This document shows positions 16,401 to 23,942 of a stretch of 51,999 bases of DNA, piece after piece. Each line of letters opens with the position of its first letter. Position 1 is the first letter of the stretch. The notes under the pieces are model-generated. The model made no database searches and was not told where the DNA came from. It worked only from the letters and a program-made list of their open reading frames with translations. This DNA is from a virus (Duplodnaviria; Caudoviricetes), in IMG/VR virus record IMGVR_UViG_3300031758_000112, positions 1 to 51,999 of that record, one strand, 5' to 3'. Both the position numbers and the translations under genes were made by a program.

Positions 16401-18170
16401 AGGTTCGCGATATACATAAGCAATCATAACTGCTTGGCCAGAATCAAGAGCAAGCTGGATATTGCGCACGGCCTTGGCGTAACCAGACAGCGTGCCGTCA
16501 AGAATTGTGTTGGCTCGGTTGAACACATCGTCTAGCAAGGTCTCGGCACTGGACTTGCCGGAGCCGCCGCCACCGGCCATAAACAGCACAAGGCCGCCCG
16601 GTCTCTCGCGCATTTCTTGCATGCGTTTTTCAAACAGTTGCTGAGTAAAGGCGCTGGCTGCTTCGTGCACTTCAGGCGCGCGGTTGCGATCGGCCCTGTA
16701 TTCCGGCGACAGCAGGCGTGCCAGATCGGTGTCAAGCAGGCGGCCTTTTTTGGTGCCGTTGATTGCGCTGTACTCTTCAACAGCTGCGTCAAAGTCAGAA
16801 AAGATTTTTTGTTCAAGCAGCCTGTTGAGGTCGTCTTCTCTGGCGCTGAACGCAATCGGTGCGCCGGTGATGTCTTTGCCATCTTCGCTGAACGTGGCGT
16901 TCTTGGCCAACACCAAAGGGCCGATCTGGATCACCTCGTCGGCGCTCAGAACTGGGCGCATGGTGTCGCGGTCGTAGAAGTAGCTGTGGCGGAATGGGTC
17001 CATGCCGACCTGTGTCCAAGCCGAGTCTTTGATGGCGGCATCAGCCCGAACCTTTGCGGCTTGGTTGCTGATGGGTTTCCACTTACCAAGCATGGTGGCA
17101 ATCGTGCCCTTGCTTGTACCCTGTGCAATCTTGATTGCCGCCTTTTGGTTCATGCCAAAAGTTACGTCGGTCATTGATGCTACGGATTCGTAGCCAATGA
17201 CAGTGCCTGCGTCATACGCTGCTTGCACTTCACGGTTGGTGGACTTAGGTGTGTGAATGCTGACCACCCACGAGTCATGCTCTTGGTACGAAGGGATGTC
17301 CAAGCGCAGTTGGGCAAAGTCGCCTTTGGCCAAGGTGCTTGATGGCAGGCCATACTTGGCCGCCTTCTCCGGGCTTTGACCACGGCCATTGGCCAAAGCA
17401 TATTTAGCGTCGGCTGGTGTTGTGAGCGCAGGGACTTTTTCGTACGGATAGACCGGGCGAAGGTCGTCGACCATGGCGTTGTATTCGTCTTGGGTAATCT
17501 TGCCTTCTTGCAAGTCGGTGACGGCTTGCTGCAATTCGTCGGTTCGCTTGAATCGATCAGAGCTAACGTTGGACACGCGGCTTGCTGCCGCATTCTTTTG
17601 TTCGCGGCGGCTAAGGCTAGGTGCAATTACTTTACGGGCTACGATGCCAAGGCCAACATCAAGCTCGGTTGCATATCGAACCGGGTTTTCTACGGGGTAT
17701 AAATATTTAACGCCGCCCGGGGCAATGTCAAACTTAGAATCTTTGGGCACCAAAGTTTGATCTCGATATTGATCAAATTGTTTTTGAGTAGTTACTTTTA
17801 TAGGCTCGCCAATTGTTACCGCGCCAATTGCTTTAGCAGGGCCGTCGCCAGTTCTAACAATGGCAACTCGTTTTCCTACGTAGGGGCGAAGCGAATCCGA
17901 AGCCCTAGTTTCTAAAGTTTTTTGGCCGTCAACAATTTTATCTGCGTATTGATTTTCACCGTCTTGATTGACATTAATGCCAATGCTTTCAGTTTGTTCG
18001 CGTCGGCTAAGTGCTGGCGCCCCACCTCCGGCCTCAGCAAGCGCGGTTGCCCGAGCAGGCAAGTACTGAGCCAGCCCACCTTCAAGCAGGAATTCTTTAA
18101 GGGCGGGTATCCCCTTAACCGTGATGCTCTTACCGTCAGCACCAGTGAACGTGTATTTACATGTTGCCAT
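13404..18170 (-). CDS. Giant polyvalent / ejection protein (1588 aa): ASCH-like domain, unknown domain, zeta-toxin-like P-loop kinase, helical C-terminal ejection-type region
   Basis: YADKIVDGQKTLETR...GKRVAIV...AIGAVTIG (ASCH). VLFMAGGGGSGKS, ILDGT, YVYREP, GRTV (zeta-like). Last gene of the virion operon. Confidence 0.75.
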   Translation of the reverse strand: MATCKYTFTGADGKSITVKGIPALKEFLLEGGLAQYLPARATALAEAGGGAPALSRREQTESIGINVNQDGENQYADKIVDGQKTLETRASDSLRPYVGKRVAIVRTGDGPAKAIGAVTIGEPIKVTTQKQFDQYRDQTLVPKDSKFDIAPGGVKYLYPVENPVRYATELDVGLGIVARKVIAPSLSRREQKNAAASRVSNVSSDRFKRTDELQQAVTDLQEGKITQDEYNAMVDDLRPVYPYEKVPALTTPADAKYALANGRGQSPEKAAKYGLPSSTLAKGDFAQLRLDIPSYQEHDSWVVSIHTPKSTNREVQAAYDAGTVIGYESVASMTDVTFGMNQKAAIKIAQGTSKGTIATMLGKWKPISNQAAKVRADAAIKDSAWTQVGMDPFRHSYFYDRDTMRPVLSADEVIQIGPLVLAKNATFSEDGKDITGAPIAFSAREDDLNRLLEQKIFSDFDAAVEEYSAINGTKKGRLLDTDLARLLSPEYRADRNRAPEVHEAASAFTQQLFEKRMQEMRERPGGLVLFMAGGGGSGKSSAETLLDDVFNRANTILDGTLSGYAKAVRNIQLALDSGQAVMIAYVYREPVDSLVAGVFKRAMDPKNGRTVALDALVKGHAGSNETVLKLQGDFADNPLFDIVAVDNSRGNGNFAVVPLEEIPVVSREGLREKFQNATDKELEAGRINQAVYDATTRGFNTGPEGRSTGQTIGDETRAVGEGRGRGQFEGPSYSVKQRELSEDAKQQQVFLQEKAEEAGYKTIDEFGDKDFDAFVLAASQWRQENPADMMFSNRQTEGWILSRDATGRFRFGAGAKAYRLVADVANNVLDRIGMKPVSPELSRALRKMKTEVEKAQALTVDVAKNLKDLPEQERQMISDVIEGELKRGVKPPKRVLDLAASMQSIMSEQTAELVRLGMLTPEAAGRWDGKYLPRFYESKIGDETKAWMKAAKSLMGRTRTMQGITGNSLKARGMFENVPVADVQDWLDEGWEVRDPTFDPLTSDVVTMWRDYTRTERDDMGEIRDAMFRFVMGYNKSQRDMALGRLYENLATSYASRVEKPGYVKVPSSTIEDTANVRRYGKLAGKWVPKEVMDQLSTFDTSMQNDLLKMYLKGLSMWKEGKTVLNPVSHANNVLSNLTMAHFAGVSYWDAGKYGGAVRDLIKGDPMVDEAKEAGLFGGTFNRSELMDQLPEQLKAMAQMTESKAGMAVDRVFNALSFFLRKPAGKAYEAEDLFFRYLIYRDARKRGVDVEDAVDWSQNFIFTYDDLPKGARLARDFALPFFSYTYKVVPVLARTALEHPMRYAAPAAALYTVNAFMYAMAASLGGGEDEDWWTVIRRYATDPEFRNKAREIEKQERENLPPWMKGASATLATPKAIRLGMDDVTNLPVFLDVSRVFPGGDLLDANANAGGVPLLQPITPSNPILNTVGAMIWNKDPFFGKDIVDKNDTSAEAAAKRGKWLWQQFAPAVAIGNYHWDRALNVIANVTGQDILGYTGTGKDGLPVQPGYAAMQTMGIKARPIDLELSEQINKAQQEKLIRDLEAEMRQIDRLAGKGAITEKNADAQRELQQIKKQRLKEGLTVEGEKRK
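17597..18011. repeat. 19-bp direct repeat (18/19 identical) flanking the ASCH-like domain
   Basis: TTTGTTCGCGGCGGCTAAG (17597-17615) vs TTTGTTCGCGTCGGCTAAG (17993-18011). Both encode LSRREQ. Confidence 0.85.
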
Positions 18171-18174
18171 GTGA

Positions 18175-18666
18175 TCAGGCTCCCAGCTCCTGATCGATCA
18201 AGAGCATGCCCGCTTTGTCGCCATCTACTAGCTGGATGCGTGCAAGCAAGTCGCCGTACTCGCCAACGCTGGTACGCTGGAGCTCCAGAAACTGAAGCAA
18301 AAACTGTTGGACCACGGGGTCGCTGCTGGTCTCGGAGTACATATTTTTGTAAGTGTTATACAGCTCAAGCTCAGTTTCATAGGCCAATTCCATGGCATCA
18401 GAAAACGATTTGATTGAATCATCCATGGCCTCAATCATTGGGACCTTGGCCACGGTGCCTACATCGTTTTGAAATTGTGCGTGCAGTTGGTAGTGATCCA
18501 ACTCGGCTTCGCTTTCTTTCAAAAAGAATTTCATCGCGCCAAGGTAACCAAGGCGCTGCACCTGATTGGCGATGTGTTTGTACAGGTTTGCTGCGTAAAG
18601 CTCAGCGTGAATTGCGTCGTCAAGCATGCGCTTGATGTCAGCGGAGATGATCATTGTTGGTGTCAT
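18175..18666 (-). CDS. ftn: Ferritin (non-haem FtnA-like)
   Basis: 163 aa, four-helix pattern. E22, Y29, E55, H58, E99 and Q130 match the spacing of E. coli FtnA ferroxidase ligands E17, Y24, E50, H53, E94 and Q127. Confidence 0.85.
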   Translation of the reverse strand: MTPTMIISADIKRMLDDAIHAELYAANLYKHIANQVQRLGYLGAMKFFLKESEAELDHYQLHAQFQNDVGTVAKVPMIEAMDDSIKSFSDAMELAYETELELYNTYKNMYSETSSDPVVQQFLLQFLELQRTSVGEYGDLLARIQLVDGDKAGMLLIDQELGA

Positions 18667-18675
18667 GGTAGGCCC

Positions 18676-21600
18676 TTATTTGCAATTGATTTCGACTAAG
18701 CCAGCTGTGTCCAGCTCGTCGAGGATGTCGAGAAAATTGTCCTGCATGTATTGAATTTGAGCCGCGTCTGACCGCCGCGCAATCACGGCTTGAACGTTTG
18801 TCTTGGCAAGGCCTCGACCATCCAGCTTAGTAAACAGATTGACAAGGGGCATAGCATTTGCCCTGCTGTCTAAAGTTTTTTCGGTTCTTGCTCGGATGAG
18901 GTCTGATCGCTCTTGTCCTTGGAACGGACCCAACCTTTGACCCGCGCCGCCAACCGGTCCAGTTGTTCCGGCGTTTTGCTTTCCAGCCATTTGTCGTGCT
19001 GGTCCTGATCCTGATTTGGCTGCTGTGTTGATTCGTTTAGCATCGAAGCCTTCTTTCTTTAGGAGAGATTGTGCCGCACCAGCGTAGTCTTGGCTAGTCA
19101 CGCGGAGCCTTACGCCCAGCTTTTTATAGAGCTCTTGTTCAGGGTACCAGATCAAGGCTTGCAACGCGGCCGGCGGCACGCGCTTACCAGTTTGCTTTTC
19201 AACCAGATCTACCATCTCGCGAACAACGCTGCGCAAACGCTGGCGTTCACCGCCACTGGACGGGGCGTCCGTAGGCTTATCTGCTGATTTTAATATGGAC
19301 CCAGCTGCGCCAACCAATGCGGTCTTCTTGCGCGTGCCAGCGTCAAACTTGGCGCGCTCTTTGATGAACTGCCTGTTGTGCAAACTGAACACCTTGCGCG
19401 CCAAAGCAATTGCGCCTTCGTCGGTTTGTTGCGCGGCAGCAACATCTTCTGGTTTGAAGTCTGCGGCGTAAACGCCCTCGGCCGATGAGCCTGTCTCAGC
19501 CAAAGCAGCGCGCAGCTTGGCCACTTGTTTGGGAAACAGGGCCGGGTCAAACGCTGGCAGCGTGCCACTTAAACGGCCGACGGTGCGCATGAACCACATG
19601 TCCATGGTCACGGGTTCAAAGTTGCCGGTCAAGTTGCTGTAAAAGCCAAAGCCAATCTTGGGTCCAAACACAGCGGACCCTAAAACCGTTTCGCCCATTG
19701 ACTCGCCACCAATCTTAAAGCCCATGCCTTCGAGATCCCGCTTGGTCAATTCAGTTTGTAAGAACCTGCGCAGATCAGGGGCGCCCAATTCTCTTAGCAA
19801 GCTGTTGGCCAGCGCAAAATTCTTGGCCATCGCTGGCGCAGACTTGCCAGTGCCCTGCTCTGGAAATGCGCCCGTATCCGTTTTGCGAAGGGCTTCGCGG
19901 AACGCTTCGTATTGATTTGACGCATAGCGCAAGTTGTCTTCTACGTTCATGGTCTGCGACGAGATGGCCACGGCCATCAAAAATGCATTGCGCGCGTCTG
20001 GGTCTGTGTTTAGTTCGGGGTACTTGACAGCCATGACACGCAGCGTTTTAGCTACAGTCTCGTCGTACCATTCGACAGCATTGCCCGCGCTGCGAATTGC
20101 GCCAACAGCCTCGGCTGCCAGCATGCGTGCCAGCGTGCTGCGGTCGTCGGCCTTGTTAAGGTCAAGCACCGGCATGCCCGCGTCACGGTAGCGCTGGTCA
20201 AGCCATTGCACAACTTCCGGAATGCCGCCAACTTTAGGCGCATCAAACGCATCGCTTTTGGTTTTGCCTGTCATCAAACCTAGAACAGAAGCGTCGTATT
20301 GTTCCTTGGACAAACCAAGCGCGTCGGCCACATTGCGGAACGTACCGAGATCGGTTGGCTTTTCTTCAACAGGCTCTGCTTGTTTATCGCTAAACCTGAC
20401 GGTGCTGCCGATGCGCTCCAGCTCTGTGTTGGCCGCGTCGCGTGAGGCAACGGGGATCTCCAGATTGCCAGCAGCAACACGGGCGCCCGGTACACGGGAT
20501 GCCTCGATAGTGGCCAGCTCTTTGGAAAGGAGACCCTTCTTCAGCGTTGTTGGTTCGGCTGCAACAGGGGCTGGGGCGCCAGCCACGCGGCCTATAGACT
20601 TGACAGGTACGGCCGAATGGCGCGGACCCAACAGGACGACAGCAGCTTGATTGTTCCCGAAAGGGGCAATGTAACCGTCAAAACCCCCGTTAATTACTGC
20701 GGATTCGAAGGCGTTGAAGTTTCCTTTGACCGGGAGTATCTGCGTTTGGGGGTCGTAGATGTTGTTGAGTCGGACTTCGTGGGCGATGCCTCCGACTCCG
20801 GACTCGGGGCGGACGCCGGAGCCTTGGTCAACATAGAAATAAACGCGGTTTTTGAGGCGAGGATCTGGGCTACCGTCCAGTCGATCGCGCTCTGCACCTT
20901 TGAGACCAGTCCCATAATAAGCTCCATTTAACGAAGTGCGGGCTTCGGTTGAGTAGTGGCGGGCGAGGACTGAGATGGCGCCTTCGCGGGCTGTTCCATA
21001 CTCTGGGGTTTCACCGCGCCCATCTCCACCAGCGAGTTGTCGAGTTGACGCTGTAGGCCCTGATACGCCTTCACCGCCTGTGGTGCTAATGCTTCCATTT
21101 AAAGTTCCTTTGTTATACGCGACGAGTGCGTCGCGGGCTATTGCCTTTGCCTTGTTTAAATCACGCAGGTAGGTGTCGACTTTGGCAGATTCTTTTCTGC
21201 CTTGAGTTGACGTGCCCTTAAGCGTGTCAATCAAATTGTCAATGATCTTAATCCATTTGTCGACAAAACCTTTAAAGCCTTGTGGGTCAGCAGCTGCCAC
21301 GTCCTGCCAGAACTTTTTGTCTGTGGCCCGGTTGCCTAGGAAATCGGCAACCATTTCGGACCGCAGGGTCTTGCCGGCCATTGCTTCTTGCAAGCGTTGT
21401 TCCCGCGCAACAGGATCGGCGATTGCGCCCAGCTCTTCCTTCATCAGGAAGTTTTCAAGGTATGCGCGTTTACCCGCATCGGTCATCTCGTCAAAGATGC
21501 CGTCCATGCTGGCCACGTATTGCTGAGCGGCCGTGTTGGTTTGGCCTTGCTTGGCTTCCAGTTTTGCAAGCTGTTCAACCGTGTGATGGAATTCGTGTAG

Positions 21601-23934
21601 GCCTGTGCGCGCAACGTTGGTGTCAACGTTGGCTGTGTTAATGAAGGCCGCGCCGCCAATGGCCACGCCGTTTATGGCGTTGGCTCGGTCGTCGTTATAA
21701 GCGTAAACCCTAGCACCAAACTGGCTATTCAGCGCTTGAGCGATTTCATTGACTGCGCTGTCCAGTGCTACTGGAGACGCATTGAAAACCGCTGGGCTTT
21801 CTACACCGTTGGAAGTAGCCCACCTGTCGATAACATCTTGTGCAGTTGCTCTCGCTCCTGCTGCGGCAGACTCTCCTCCCACTGGCGCAATTGCGGCACC
21901 AGACACTTCCGATTCTGGGAGGGTAAGGGTTTTGTCGGCGGTGATGGTTTGGGTTGCTGCATCGGCTGATAGTACGGCAGGGACGTTTGTAAGTCCAGTG
22001 GCTGGGGTAGTACCAGCCACTTCCGCTTGACGCGCTGTGAGCTCAACTGACGCGCCTCTGCGGGTAATTGCAGGGATGGTCTCGTCAGTAGTGATGGCCT
22101 GAAGCTGGTCGTTGGACAGTTGCGAAACCGCAACACCTTGGATCTTTTGTGGACGCGGTGCAGTCAAACGCAACTTGTCCAAACCAAACTGTTGTTCTGT
22201 AGCAACGCTTGGTTCGGGCAACGTTAGGGCCTGCATTGTGTCAAGGGCAGGCAACGGCTCGTTGGGATCAAACGTTGGCTCGATCCGGCCAAGGGTATCT
22301 ACGGCCGGCAACGGCGGGGGTTCAATTGCAACAGGCGCAAGCGGCTTGGGTGTGATCTCCAGCGATCCGGCCAATTCATTTGCCGAGGTGACCGCGTCGT
22401 CAACCGAGGTTGATTGCAAAACGCGTGATGGGTCTGACGTTTGCAGCGGGCTGATCAACCGGGCGTCGTATGTCTGGGGACTTAATAGGTTACGGGCAGT
22501 TTGGTCAATACCTGTAAACTGGGTATTGGCAACGTTCTGTTCAATAGCCCGGGCAATCTGCGCGTTGGGGTCGTAGGCGCCCGTAGCAATGCCGGCAACT
22601 TGCGGCGTTGACATGACCGTGCCCGTAGCTGCGCCAATCACAGCGGCCTCACCAAGATCTTTGCTTAGCTCAATGTCTTTGCCTTGGAAAAACTTGTCAA
22701 GCACGTTGCCGCCAAATTGGGCAACCGTTTCTTCAACGGCGTTGGTAATGCCGTTGGCTGTGATTGCAACACCTGACTGCGCCAGTCTCTGTCCAGTAAT
22801 TGCCCAGATGGCGTTTTGCTTTGCAACCGATAGGCCTTTAAACGTGTCGCCCAATTTGTCAAAAACTTTTAACGGCAACATCTCTGTGCCGATTTCAATT
22901 GCGCCCTTGGTTACAGCTACCCGAGAGTCATCGCCCTGCGCGTAGCTTTGGCCAGCCGCTGTGCCGCCCATGCTGCCCAGCAAGGCTACGCGAAGCGGAG
23001 GTACAAAAGCCGCAGCCAATTGCTGTGCCATTTGAGGGGAGTTAGCCGCCAGCTTGGACATAAGCCACGGGCCAAACTCTTCGTTTTTCCACGCGCCTTC
23101 CATGCTGCGGGTGCCAATCTTAGGCATGTAATCTTGAGTGCTTTTGGCAAGGTATTCAGTACCAAACGCGGTAGGCGCTCTGGCCAAAGGTTTTAGACCG
23201 GCCAATTGCAAAACGGGGTTGACAACACTTTGGTTGATAAAGTCGGCCGCTACGCTTGGAATGTTTAAGGTGCCGCTAAGCAAACCCGCTGAACCGGCAG
23301 CAGCGCTGGCAAGCAAAGGGCTTTCTTCAGCAGAGCGTTGGCGACGCGCAGTTTCAACATCTTGCTGTAACAGCTCGTCGCTCTTTAACCGTTGAACCAG
23401 TTGGTCAAAAGTTTCGGCGCCTTGGGCTTCGCGAGCTTTGGCAACAGTAAGCGCGGGGCCCGGCTCAACCGGTACGCGCCCCATGCGCATTTGGTCGGCC
23501 TTGGCCACAGTCTCGCGACTGATAGGTCCTGCGCCATAGCCCAAGCGCTTGTCAATTTCGGCCTGTTGCTGTTGAGCTGTTAACGCAGGCGCTGTCTCCA
23601 ACACGCTTTTGTAGGGCGTGACTTTTTCCACAAAGGCGGGAACGATCCCACTAACCGTGCCTTTGATAGCCTCGGCCGCGCGCGACAGCACGCCCGGTGG
23701 CTCTTTTGGTTTAACAGGTGCAGGCGCGGGTGCAGGCGCGGGTGCAGGGGCTTCCTCCACTGGCGCCGCTTTGGGGGCAGCAACCCGACTCGTCAGGTGG
23801 CTTATGATTTCGTCGTCGCTAACGCCGTCCTTACGAGCGCTATCAACGTCGAAGTTTCTTTTGCTGGCAAGGTAGTCAGCAATCTCGGCCGGGCTGTATC
23901 CGTCCTTTAAAGCACCTTGAACGTCAAATGCCAT
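18676..23934 (-). CDS. Giant polyvalent / internal virion protein (1752 aa): zincin metallopeptidase, ART-like and HhH glycosylase-like domains
   Basis: N-terminal GYSxxEI-type repeats. HEFHH plus downstream EMVADF (zincin). RHYS...VYFY...GFDGY (ART-like). WYD...GPKIG.F..NL.G...VTMDMWFMR...LQALIW (HhH-like). Confidence 0.72.
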   Translation of the reverse strand: MAFDVQGALKDGYSPAEIADYLASKRNFDVDSARKDGVSDDEIISHLTSRVAAPKAAPVEEAPAPAPAPAPAPVKPKEPPGVLSRAAEAIKGTVSGIVPAFVEKVTPYKSVLETAPALTAQQQQAEIDKRLGYGAGPISRETVAKADQMRMGRVPVEPGPALTVAKAREAQGAETFDQLVQRLKSDELLQQDVETARRQRSAEESPLLASAAAGSAGLLSGTLNIPSVAADFINQSVVNPVLQLAGLKPLARAPTAFGTEYLAKSTQDYMPKIGTRSMEGAWKNEEFGPWLMSKLAANSPQMAQQLAAAFVPPLRVALLGSMGGTAAGQSYAQGDDSRVAVTKGAIEIGTEMLPLKVFDKLGDTFKGLSVAKQNAIWAITGQRLAQSGVAITANGITNAVEETVAQFGGNVLDKFFQGKDIELSKDLGEAAVIGAATGTVMSTPQVAGIATGAYDPNAQIARAIEQNVANTQFTGIDQTARNLLSPQTYDARLISPLQTSDPSRVLQSTSVDDAVTSANELAGSLEITPKPLAPVAIEPPPLPAVDTLGRIEPTFDPNEPLPALDTMQALTLPEPSVATEQQFGLDKLRLTAPRPQKIQGVAVSQLSNDQLQAITTDETIPAITRRGASVELTARQAEVAGTTPATGLTNVPAVLSADAATQTITADKTLTLPESEVSGAAIAPVGGESAAAGARATAQDVIDRWATSNGVESPAVFNASPVALDSAVNEIAQALNSQFGARVYAYNDDRANAINGVAIGGAAFINTANVDTNVARTGLHEFHHTVEQLAKLEAKQGQTNTAAQQYVASMDGIFDEMTDAGKRAYLENFLMKEELGAIADPVAREQRLQEAMAGKTLRSEMVADFLGNRATDKKFWQDVAAADPQGFKGFVDKWIKIIDNLIDTLKGTSTQGRKESAKVDTYLRDLNKAKAIARDALVAYNKGTLNGSISTTGGEGVSGPTASTRQLAGGDGRGETPEYGTAREGAISVLARHYSTEARTSLNGAYYGTGLKGAERDRLDGSPDPRLKNRVYFYVDQGSGVRPESGVGGIAHEVRLNNIYDPQTQILPVKGNFNAFESAVINGGFDGYIAPFGNNQAAVVLLGPRHSAVPVKSIGRVAGAPAPVAAEPTTLKKGLLSKELATIEASRVPGARVAAGNLEIPVASRDAANTELERIGSTVRFSDKQAEPVEEKPTDLGTFRNVADALGLSKEQYDASVLGLMTGKTKSDAFDAPKVGGIPEVVQWLDQRYRDAGMPVLDLNKADDRSTLARMLAAEAVGAIRSAGNAVEWYDETVAKTLRVMAVKYPELNTDPDARNAFLMAVAISSQTMNVEDNLRYASNQYEAFREALRKTDTGAFPEQGTGKSAPAMAKNFALANSLLRELGAPDLRRFLQTELTKRDLEGMGFKIGGESMGETVLGSAVFGPKIGFGFYSNLTGNFEPVTMDMWFMRTVGRLSGTLPAFDPALFPKQVAKLRAALAETGSSAEGVYAADFKPEDVAAAQQTDEGAIALARKVFSLHNRQFIKERAKFDAGTRKKTALVGAAGSILKSADKPTDAPSSGGERQRLRSVVREMVDLVEKQTGKRVPPAALQALIWYPEQELYKKLGVRLRVTSQDYAGAAQSLLKKEGFDAKRINTAAKSGSGPARQMAGKQNAGTTGPVGGAGQRLGPFQGQERSDLIRARTEKTLDSRANAMPLVNLFTKLDGRGLAKTNVQAVIARRSDAAQIQYMQDNFLDILDELDTAGLVEINCK

Positions 23935-23942
23935 GAGGGTCC

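Noticed and set aside
18175-18666. Bacterioferritin or Dps
   Set aside because: Ligand spacing fits FtnA-type ferritin. There is no Dps HW/H..D...E signature and no evident haem-ligand Met.
23715-23750. Tandem 12-bp repeat GGTGCAGGCGCG
   Set aside because: It simply encodes an Ala-Pro linker in the 1752-aa protein.
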